From Diplonema japonicum (taxonomy: Eukaryota; Protista; Euglenozoa: Diplonemea), in assembly GCA_964019335.1 (NCBI GenBank), contig OZ025720.1, forward strand, positions 310,001-374,000: DNA of 64,000 nt, in the 5' to 3' direction. Under the pieces are notes generated by a model, which worked only from the letters and a program-made list of their open reading frames with translations, searched no databases and was not told where the DNA came from. Numbering within the stretch: position 1 is the first letter of the stretch; the number at the start of each line of letters is the position of its first letter. This document shows, in pieces, positions 55,159-64,000 of this stretch. The position numbers were made by a program, and so were the translations under genes.

Positions 55159-56793
55159 CCCATAAAGGACCGCTATTTTTCGTCTAAAAAGTCGATTTTG
55201 AACTTTTCGTTCAAATACCAAAATAAAATGGCGAGGGTGGAGTTAGAGGGTGTGTACCTATATTATTTTCACTACCCGAAGCGGCCTGCATTTCAGCCCC
55301 AGACGCGCCCAAACTTTGGTGGTAGAGCAGCATTTGAGAGAAACAACTCCTGCAAAGGGAGCATGCTATCCGGAGGTTCCATGGTTTCGGCAAGCAGCGC
55401 TTATTCAGCGTGCAGGGTGGGCTGGTTATTTTTTTTTCACCACTTATGGCCGTTCTTTGAACACAAGGTCCGAGGTGCCGCAGATATGCGACTTGTCCAA
55501 TTTAAACGTATTTTTATTTTGAAGTGGTTTTCAAGAGGTTTTCAGGTGGTTTTTTAAGGTGTCGTTAGTGTGAAAAAATTCGAAACAGGGCACAGGGTAC
55601 AGGGCACGTTGCTACGTTGCAATCTCTGCACGAGAACATGGCCTGGGTGCGTTTTTTCTCTAATTTGTTGCACACAGTGCAATCCATGCCACCTTTGCGT
55701 TAATATTGTTCGACAAGATTTTTTTGCCACACACTTGCTGGAGCAATTTCCGGGTTTTCCTGATGGTCCCCATGCAGTGGAAATCCGCATTGTAAATCCG
55801 TATCAACAATGGGACAAGCGAAAGCAGTTGTCAAAGACAATCCAGTAATTCTGGTGCTGATATTCGGTGAGCAGCTCTGCCTCTTTCCCCTGGGTGCCCG
55901 CACCGGTACAAACAATCATGTTTAGAGTGTAACCGGTGTCTGAATCGCATTTTGAACCCATAACGCTTCCTCTTCTTGGGCTTATAAACAATGAACCCGA
56001 CACGGCTTCTACAGCGTATGATGGTTCATCCACAGCAAGGTTTCGCTTGGGTACATACAGGGATGACCAAGAAGGAACCACAAGATTTATAAGATTGCGC
56101 CCTTTAGCCATTCTGTCTCCTTCTCCTCCACCAGGGAACCCAAATCGCATTTGGCGCATTATTCTTAGGAGCCTGTTTCTTTCCATTACCATTCTGAAAT
56201 ATTGTGAATATGGGGTATCTGTGAGTTCATCCTGTGCCCAGTAGACCTTGATATCTGTCTTGACTATGAGCCTGTAAGTATCTAAAAGCCTCTATACCAC
56301 TCGAATGGCTTGCTGCCCACCCCACGATAGCCTTTTAGAGCCGCAGGAGTGAAAAACAACTCAAAGTACAGGACAAGCCCCTTGCTGGAGGGCCGCCCTA
56401 TCAAAAACAAAGGAAAAACCTCCAGCCCGTTGAGACCCACTACTGGTACACTTGGACCTGGTACCTTGCGAAATATTTTCCTCCCCACCTTCTCGATTTT
56501 GTCATCCCATTCCATATCCGGGATATCCCCATCATCCGGTGACACTGGCCCTTCTTCAGAAGTGCTTTCGGCACTACTCCTTATGGGTGTAAGAAAACAA
56601 TGTCTGTGCCACTACTTTTTTTCTCCCCTTGCAGTTTGGATGCAAAAACTTACAGGCAATATAACGTTCAGTATAAAAAAAGTCGCGCAATAAGGCCCCT
56701 CTTTAAAGAGTGGGCATGCAGAGCACTAAAAATGCCTTAGCAGAATTTAAAAAAATCTTTTTAGCTGAATATTCAGCTCCGGTCCTTTATGGG
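55159..56793 (-). mobile_element. Decayed piggyBac transposon (1635 bp) with frameshifted, internally deleted transposase
   Basis: 14-bp TIR CCCATAAAGGACCG (55159-55172 and 56780-56793); TTAA on the right, TAAA on the left. Peptide remnants YFELFF, MERNRLLRIMRQMRF, LYVPKRNLAVDE, CDSDTGYTLNM, IVFDNCF and a Cys-rich tail in different frames. Confidence 0.88.
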
Positions 56794-56925
56794 TTAAAAG
56801 AAAAAGGTTTTCATTTTTCCTTCATTTGCATGCTTATGAAAGACATTGAGAAGAATAAGGATGCAGGACAAAAGGCACACGCTCGAAAGGAATCTGAATC
56901 GTGTACCAGTGGTGCTCGGAAAAAG

Positions 56926-56966
<41 letters not shown>

Positions 56967-57362
56967 AGCGGGAGGTTTTTTTTAAAATAAAAAGGTAAGT
57001 TAGCAAAGAGGTAAGGGATATTGTTTTTTCTTCTTCTTTTTTTTCTCCTTTTTCTTCCTCTCCTTCTTTAGACCCACGATCAGGCGGTACTTTATCAGAA
57101 ACAGAGTTGAGGAGCAGGGTGCTGGACACCAGACTCACTGACATTTCAGAACCGAGGTCTTTCTTTCTTCCCCCCCTTTTTTTTTCTTTTTTCCCCTCTT
57201 CGCGCGAATGCAACAAAAAGGTGGAAGAAGAAGAATGGAAGAAAAAAATTTAAAAAAAAAGGGGGGGGGAAGGGGGAAACAAAAAAACGTATCAGTAAGT
57301 GTGTGAACAAAAAAAAAAAAAAAAAAAATTGAAAGGGAACCTTCTTCTTTTTCTCTTTCAAA

Positions 57363-57986
57363 TTATTTTTTTTCCTCTTCCGGTTCCTCGCCTCGTACCA
57401 TCGGGGTGAGCACGGCACTCCTCCAAACAATGGTTTCCTTCGCAACAAAACCGTTCCTTTCGTAGAATGTGAGGTTTCTTGGGTTCGAAGACTCGAGGTA
57501 GCTGGGGCCCTTGCCCTGCTTGTCGAGAACCGCCAGCAACTGGGACATCATCACGGTGCCGTACCCCTTGCCATGCGAGGCAGAGCCCACACCTACCACA
57601 CGGATGTGCGTTCTGGCTTTTTTCCATTTTTGACATTTTTTTATAATGCTTTCAAGAGAAGAAGTATACAACCATGACATCTTTAACACTGCCCAGAACC
57701 CGAGTGATTTTCTGACCTTGCCGGCCAGAGCCAGCTCTTCGTTCCAGAAAGAAGTTGGCTTGTCTCCCAGAACAATGGCCCCCAACACCTCATCATCCTC
57801 TTTCAGCACGTAGGTATCGACTCCCCTATACAGCAACTCTTCTTCCATGAAGGCACTAACACCGCCCTGCATCCCTTCCTTCCCGAACAGCTCTATGAAC
57901 ACAGGATCATCCATGAAGGCCGATGTCAACACGGCCACTGTGGCTGCGAGGTCCTTCTCTTCGTACTTGCTGAGGGTCGGTGCCAT
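57363..57986 (-). CDS. GNAT N-acetyltransferase 2
   Basis: AFMDDP, VGVGSASHGKGYGT, YLESSNPRNLTFYERNGF. Confidence 0.9.
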   Translation of the reverse strand: MAPTLSKYEEKDLAATVAVLTSAFMDDPVFIELFGKEGMQGGVSAFMEEELLYRGVDTYVLKEDDEVLGAIVLGDKPTSFWNEELALAGKVRKSLGFWAVLKMSWLYTSSLESIIKKCQKWKKARTHIRVVGVGSASHGKGYGTVMMSQLLAVLDKQGKGPSYLESSNPRNLTFYERNGFVAKETIVWRSAVLTPMVRGEEPEEEKK

Positions 57987-58550
57987 TTTTTTTTTCTTTT
58001 ACCTGGGTTAGCCTGGGTGGGGGAAAAAAAAAAAAAAAAAAAAAAGAAGAAGAAGAAGGAAGGGAACCAATAAGAGAGAACGGGTGTTAATTGAAAAGAT
58101 AGGGAGGAAAGATAGGATAAGAGATTGAGAAAAAAAAAGCCTGCAAAAGAAATATGCGTAAAGTCGGCAGGGCCGAAAACAAATCGGGGAGAGTGTATGG
58201 GGAAGGGGGGGAGGAGGGGAAAAAAAATATAGAGGAAGAAGAAAAAAAAAAAAGAGGAGGTAAGCGCCTATAGACTAAAAACCCGTTTAGTACTCCCTTG
58301 TGTTCTGTGTGAGGACACAAAAATTGCTATTTCAAAACAATGCTGCAATGAGCTCGTTTCGCGTCTCTTGAACATTCGGGGGGGGTTTTTTTTTTAAACG
58401 GCGCTTTTTCAAAGGGAAAACATGCCTACCTTAGAAATCCCCCCCCCAAAAAAAAAACCGCTCCGGGCACTTTGCCACAAGTGTAGGGGTGATAGAGCAG
58501 GTCCAGGGATTCCATTACCAGGTAGAGAGATATGGCGTTAATAATAATAT

Positions 58551-59303
58551 GGGTAAAATTCAAAATAGGGGTACAGAAGTTAGCCCTGGATTGCCCTGAT
58601 GTCTTTCCACGCCCTCCCGAGGTGTTTCTGGGTGGTTTTCGCCATCACAGACCCCCTAGGAACCAAGTGGGGGGTGGTGCAGAAACAAATTTAAACTCGA
58701 TTTGTCCAGTTTCCATGTCTTACGTAACTCCTCAATCTCCTCTGTTTTCAAGCTTTTGGCCATAAACCGCTCCCCTTCCAGGATTGCAAAGTCGATTTTA
58801 GACTTGTTTTCAAGGGTCCTATGGGGTGATATTCGTGGTGTTTCGGTGTTTTTGGGGTAAAATATGGTGTTTTGACATGCAACATGTCAAAAGGACGGTG
58901 TTCTGAGCCCTGTCATAGGGGGTGTCAGGGGTTTCCAGTTCTTTTTCTGATTCATAAAATGACCCCCTTGGGGTGAGGAAATGGCATGTTTCACACCCTA
59001 CGACACCTCTGGGTACAACCCACCCCCACTCAACTTTGAAACATGTATTTTTTCCATTTTTTTGGCGCACTACGAAAAACAGGAAAATCTGTCCATTCTT
59101 GACAAGTCCCAAAAAGGGCCCAAAAACACACAAAAACAGGGAAATATTCCCAAAATACGTGCGCCTATCACTGTTGTCACCCAGGAATGGGCCCACAGGG
59201 TGGTTTTGGTGACAACCGTGAGGTGTTCCTCCTCACCTTAGGTCATTTTATGGCCAAATCCAAAAAAGGGCTAAATTCTGTACCCCTATTTTGAATTTTA
59301 CCC
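58551..59303. mobile_element. Non-autonomous TIR element (MITE), 753 bp, GGG..CCC termini, ATAT flanks
   Basis: 37-bp TIR GGGTAAAATTCAAAATAGGGGTACAGAA(G/T)TTAGCCCT with one mismatch. ATAT at 58547-58550 and 59304-59307. Confidence 0.85.
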
Positions 59304-59304
59304 A

Positions 59305-59345
<41 letters not shown>

Positions 59346-59457
59346 AGTTGATGAAAATATTTTTCAAAAAGGTTATCCTTCCATGTTATCAAGGACACTG
59401 TTTTTTTTTTTTTTTCTTTCTTTCTTTTTTTTTTTTTTTTTTCTTCTTAGTTAGTTT

Positions 59458-60084
59458 TCATCTGCCGTAACCTGCTACACATCTGTTACACCTTACCATA
59501 GCGGTGATAGGGCACCCTCTAAAGCTATCTGCACCCTTCACCTCAAATCCCTGCCGCTCATAAAATTTGATATTTTTCGGGTTTGATGACTCAAGGTAGC
59601 AATGCCCTTTGTGCTGGGCATCCAGATATCCTAACATCTGCGCCATCATGATGGTGCCGTATCCTTTCCCGTGGTGAGCAGAGCTTATCCCAACCACCCG
59701 GATGTGGGTCTTTCCCTTTTTCCATTTTTGTACATTGTCCAGGACCCACATTAAAGAGGTTACCACGGCGAACAGAGTTTTCATCACAGAGCAGAAGCCC
59801 AGAAGTTTCTTTTCTTTCTTCATGGTGGCCCAGTCCTCTTTGCAAAACGAGTCGGGTTTCTCCCCTAGGATTACGACACCAAGTATCTCTTCTCCGTCCA
59901 CAAGCACATAGGTCTCCTCCCCTCGGTACTCTAGCTCCCCTTCGAGCAGCACGTTCAAGCCCTTGTCTAGCCTCTTACCGTACAATTTCATAAATAATGG
60001 GTCTTCTTTGAAAGCAGATCTCAGCACCTTCAGCGCATCTGCATAATCCTTGTTCTGCTCATAGCGGCGCAGCATGGGTGGCAT
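59458..60084 (-). CDS. GNAT N-acetyltransferase 3
   Basis: AFKEDP, VGISSAHHGKGYGT, YLESSNPKNIKFYERQGF. Confidence 0.9.
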   Translation of the reverse strand: MPPMLRRYEQNKDYADALKVLRSAFKEDPLFMKLYGKRLDKGLNVLLEGELEYRGEETYVLVDGEEILGVVILGEKPDSFCKEDWATMKKEKKLLGFCSVMKTLFAVVTSLMWVLDNVQKWKKGKTHIRVVGISSAHHGKGYGTIMMAQMLGYLDAQHKGHCYLESSNPKNIKFYERQGFEVKGADSFRGCPITAMVRCNRCVAGYGR

Positions 60085-60536
60085 TTTATGTTCCCCTTTT
60101 TTTTCTCGCGGGGGTGTAATTCTGAGGATTTTTTTTTTTTGCGTGTAGAGGTCAATAATAATAATAATAATAAAAAACAATTAAAAAAAAGGGGGGCAAA
60201 AAATAATCCCACTTGGGGGGGGGTCCTTTTTTTAGAGCCTTGCTTTCATTCCAAAGAAAAAAAAGAAAGAAAAAAAAAAGAAAAAAAAAGGGAAGGGGAA
60301 GAAAATATGCAAAGGGATCGGTGGACATGATATAAATGAAGGAAAAAAAAAAAGAGACAATTTTAAGCATGCAGTGAAAGTGGCATCAGAACAAGAAGGG
60401 GGAAGAGGGGGGGGGGGGGGGGGGTTTCCCCCGTGGCAGTACTAACCGAAATCTCGTCCTCATAACAAAGCAAAGAGAACCCCCTCTCAAAAAAAAAGGG
60501 GCTCCTACTAGCCGAGAGAGAGTTACAGTCACATAA

Positions 60537-60570
<34 letters not shown>

Positions 60571-60636
60571 AGGAAACACTAATTTAGGGAAAAAAAAAAA
60601 AAAAAGAAAATAAAAAAAAAAAAACACTTCCCCCAT

Positions 60637-61434
60637 TTAATCCCTTGAAGAATAGCTGCGCTCCTTACCGTTAGAGGCAGTGTCGGGTTTTTTACCGGAG
60701 TCTGACAGAGGCGATCGTGGGGGGGTGGGGGAAGGGGAACGAGAAGACACAGAACGGGCCTTTTTCTTGGGAGGCGTTCGCGATCTACGGGAAAAGTCCC
60801 TCGACCGGGAGGATGAAGAGCGGGTGTAGGAGGTGGACCTTCTCCTCCCCCTCTTTCGCGACGATGCCTTGCGGCGCTTCGCGGCATTGTAGTCCCGGTC
60901 GCCTGACCTGTAAATCTTCGATCTAGCACGCCCCTTCCCCCGTCCAATCTTCTTACCATCGAGCCTGTTGACAGCATAGTCAAAATCATCTTGTGAGTAA
61001 AGAACAGCAAAGGCCATCCCAGCACTGTGATCTATGATAGTCTTCTTGTCATGGATATCGACGTTGTGGTCATCAAAGAAATCGAAAATATCGTCTTCGT
61101 CCAAGTCGCGGTCGACCGCCTTGAATTTGACAACGAACATGCGCCTGTCCCTGTCCCTGCCCCTGCCTCTTTCCCTGCTTCGGGATCTCGAGTCGGAGGA
61201 TCTGCTTCTCTTTCTCCTTTTTGTGTCGGGGTCCACGGCTTCTCCTGTCACGTTTACAGCCCTGTCCCGCCCGCGGTCGTCCTCCACGTCGAACTTCACC
61301 TTGCCCCCTTCCTTCAGGCTGCCGCCTCCGAACCCAGTGTGGTGCACGAAAATGTCGCTTTTATAATCCTTGCTTTTGATGAACCCGATACCCTTCCCCT
61401 CGCTCCACATCACGACCTCTCCTTCGTGCGACAT
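60637..61434 (-). CDS. SR-like RNA-binding protein: cold-shock domain, RS linker, RRM, RS tail
   Basis: GEVVMWSEGKGIGFI..DIFVHH (CSD); GMAFAVLYSQDDFDYAVNRLDGKKIG (RRM RNP1 region); RS dipeptide tracts. Confidence 0.82.
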   Translation of the reverse strand: MSHEGEVVMWSEGKGIGFIKSKDYKSDIFVHHTGFGGGSLKEGGKVKFDVEDDRGRDRAVNVTGEAVDPDTKRRKRSRSSDSRSRSRERGRGRDRDRRMFVVKFKAVDRDLDEDDIFDFFDDHNVDIHDKKTIIDHSAGMAFAVLYSQDDFDYAVNRLDGKKIGRGKGRARSKIYRSGDRDYNAAKRRKASSRKRGRRRSTSYTRSSSSRSRDFSRRSRTPPKKKARSVSSRSPSPTPPRSPLSDSGKKPDTASNGKERSYSSRD

Positions 61435-61576
61435 TCTTTTTTTTTTTTTTTTTTTCTCTCTCTCTTTTTTTTTTTTTTGGATGACCTCCTTCCCCCTTTT
61501 TTTTTTGACTATATTGTCGGAGGGGGAAGAAAAAAAATTTTTTTGAAAAAAAAAAAAAAAAAAAAAAAAAAAACAT

Positions 61577-63199
61577 TCACGGCATAATATCCTCCGGGTT
61601 CGTGGCTACCACGTGCACCATGTCGATGAGCTGCTTGCGCATGGCGGCTAGTTCGTGTTTTCGAAGCATTGTGATGGAGGCTCCGACGCGGAAGTTTCTC
61701 GCTGTTCGTCCTGACAAATGTGTGTACGAAGCAGTGCTGTCGGGCATCCCGATGACAAACACATGTGTAGCCTCGAGAAAGTCCAGCCCGCGAACAGACG
61801 ACTGCGGCAGGACAAGGAGGCACGGCTCGGGATGCGAATCGAAAAAAAGCCTCGCTGCAGCCAGCTCCACAGCGTTCCCAGTAAACGGCACAGCGGGGTA
61901 CGGCAGCGACGCGTTCAAGCAATCGCAAATCTTGTGAACCTGGTGGTCCGACGTGAACACCAACCCCTTTGCAACAGGGAACCTCGATTCATTCATAATA
62001 TCTGTTCTCCTTTTAAACCCAGGCGTCAAGATCAAACCCCGCACACAGTACCCAGCCTCCGGGTACGCCTTCATAACCCGTCCTATAACAGTCAGAATAT
62101 CGCTTGTAGTCTCAACAGCAGCAAACCCGTGGTGGAGGTTAGGTGGAAACTTGAAACTTTTTCTTTCATAAGTTAAGATTTTATGCGGTTCAGACCGTTG
62201 TGTTCTGGAAAGGTCCGAACCGTGTTCCCCGACATAACTGCCGCTTTCTCTTTTTATGAATGATGTTCGTACAAATTTTCGTAAGTCCGACATGGTGGAT
62301 GCACCCAATGTAGCGGAGATGAAGATGCATTGCTGCTGTGGGATTGCGTGCGCGCTTGCTTTCCCACCACGGATTCGAATCAATCTACGGAGTAAGTCCT
62401 TGCCCGCCTCGGTTTGGTACACATCAGCTTCGTCAAAGCACAACAGCTGAGAGTTCTGTTTGATAAGCTGTCCGAGGAGTTTTTCACCCTGCCCGTTTTT
62501 GTTCCGTTTCCGCCTCTCCCTGCCTCTGTGTTGGAATGTCGCGGTTAAAGCCGCAAACGTGGCTATCAGGATGTACGGTTTGCTGTTTTCAAAAATACGT
62601 TCGTTTTCCAAAGGATCGTCACCCAGCATGGTCCCCACAGAGACGTCCCCGCAGAATAATAAAAGCCATTTTTCAAATTGTAGAGCGAGTTGTGTTGTAG
62701 GCAGAATAGCTATGTAGGAAAAGGGTAGGGTGGGGGGTTGCGATAGCATCCTGTCTGCCAAGATCAGTGCTAGTCCGAACGATTTCCCGGAACCTGTATA
62801 GGATGCAGCAAAGATGTCGTTTTCTTGACGAAGTCCTTTGAAAAGCTGTTTTTGAATGTCTGTGAATTGGTCGATGCCTTGTCCTTTCAGCTTTCGGAGT
62901 AGAACTTCGCTCAGTCCGTGGCCGTCTAGATCGCCGTAGTCAACGGGGGGGCCACGGCGTTGCTTTAGAAGTCTTTTGTGCTCGTACTCCGGGCGTACCG
63001 TCAGCTCTTCGCCTTCCTCTTCGGCGATTCTCTCCAGGTTTGCTTTTGTTACGTTCATCCACACTGGCTGCCCCATTTCAGCTCTAAACATATCATCCTC
63101 CTTAAGCCTCCGGATGAGCTGGTCCTCATTGAGCGCTGCTTGTGGGTTCCCTCGATACTTAAGTAGATGATGTTGACCCACGCATAAGGTGCGTCGCAT
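61577..63199 (-). CDS. Divergent DEAD-box RNA helicase, probably mitochondrial
   Basis: FTDIQ, SYTGSGKS, PTTQLALQ, FDEAD, ISAT, VRGLD, YTHLSGRTAR. Basic presequence-like start MRRTL. Confidence 0.85.
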   Translation of the reverse strand: MRRTLCVGQHHLLKYRGNPQAALNEDQLIRRLKEDDMFRAEMGQPVWMNVTKANLERIAEEEGEELTVRPEYEHKRLLKQRRGPPVDYGDLDGHGLSEVLLRKLKGQGIDQFTDIQKQLFKGLRQENDIFAASYTGSGKSFGLALILADRMLSQPPTLPFSYIAILPTTQLALQFEKWLLLFCGDVSVGTMLGDDPLENERIFENSKPYILIATFAALTATFQHRGRERRKRNKNGQGEKLLGQLIKQNSQLLCFDEADVYQTEAGKDLLRRLIRIRGGKASAHAIPQQQCIFISATLGASTMSDLRKFVRTSFIKRESGSYVGEHGSDLSRTQRSEPHKILTYERKSFKFPPNLHHGFAAVETTSDILTVIGRVMKAYPEAGYCVRGLILTPGFKRRTDIMNESRFPVAKGLVFTSDHQVHKICDCLNASLPYPAVPFTGNAVELAAARLFFDSHPEPCLLVLPQSSVRGLDFLEATHVFVIGMPDSTASYTHLSGRTARNFRVGASITMLRKHELAAMRKQLIDMVHVVATNPEDIMP

Positions 63200-63299
63200 T
63201 GGTTTTTTTTTTTAAATTTTTTTATCTCCTTGTTGTGCGTTTTTTTTTTTTTTTTTTTTTTTTTTCCCTCAAATATACTATATTGAAGAATAAAGAAAG

Positions 63300-63342
<43 letters not shown>

Positions 63343-63683
63343 AAGAAGAAAAATTATTTTAAAAAAAAAGAAAAAGAAGAAGAAAAAAAGAAGTACAAAT
63401 CAAAATGGGAAGATGGGTAAGGGGGGGGGAGAAATAAAAAATAAAAAATAAAAAATAAAAAATAAAAAATAAATAAAAATGCTGGGGACGTGGTTGTGAT
63501 GAAAGGCGTTTTATTGGAGAGAAATAAAAAAAAAGGTGGGTGTGGAAGAAAGAAAAAAAAAAGAAGAAGATCGCTTATGTTCGAGGGAGGGGGAAGGCCT
63601 TTACCCAGTTCCCGGAAAGTTGTATGTGGTTTCAGCTAGGCTTGCTTTAAAATAAAAAGCACGGAGGGAGGAAAGAAGAAGGG

Positions 63684-63716
<33 letters not shown>

Positions 63717-64000
63717 GGAGGCGGAGGGCTTCGTAGGGAGGTGAACTCGGGGGGAAGAAGAAGCTGATTCTGCAAGTTTTTTTTTTTTCTCTCTCACTCT
63801 CTCTTTTTGAAGAAGAAGAAATACCTAGCCTTGCGACGCAGCGCTGTGTTCCCCCTTCCCCAAACTTTTTATTTCACCCATTTCCCTCCTTTCCTCCTCC
63901 CCCGTCCGTAACAAGTTAAATTATGCTGCCTCTCCCCCCTCCCTCAAAAAAGAAGAAAAAAAAAGCGATCTGGAAAAAAAAAAGGGGGGAGAAAACTGTG

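Noticed and set aside
63917-63927. GTTAAATTATG identical to a box at the recombinase element end
   Set aside because: An isolated AT-rich 11-mer with no partner box or inverted repeat; chance is plausible.

Overview
Gene-dense eukaryotic (protist) DNA with extreme homopolymer content. About 27 host protein genes all lie on the minus strand across the 64 kb. Some are only 90-130 bp apart and are preceded by polypyrimidine-AG sites, which points to polycistronic transcription with SL trans-splicing. The genes also contain short GT-AG cis-introns; together this suggests a diplonemid-like euglenozoan (inference). I reconstructed 20 cis-introns by hand. Most are 34-82 nt, and most have a poly(A) or A/C-rich tract before the 3' AG instead of a polypyrimidine tract, whereas the putative trans-splice acceptors are U-rich. 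Host genes include XPB, a nucleoplasmin-like protein, NAD kinase, a pseudokinase, a PLAC8 protein, five tandem membrane-anchored multicopper oxidases, a beta-propeller/PDE fusion, HisRS, eIF2-gamma, TPR and ankyrin proteins, two Nudix-CCCH paralogues, a coilin-like protein carrying cold-shock domains, three GNATs, a CSD-RRM-RS protein and a DEAD-box helicase. Mobile DNA comprises an intact tyrosine-recombinase element (the only plus-strand gene) with inverted repeats and a foldback repeat array, a decayed piggyBac, two ATAT-flanked MITEs and a MULE-like element inside an eIF2-gamma intron. All calls come from motif recognition by eye; no searches were run.
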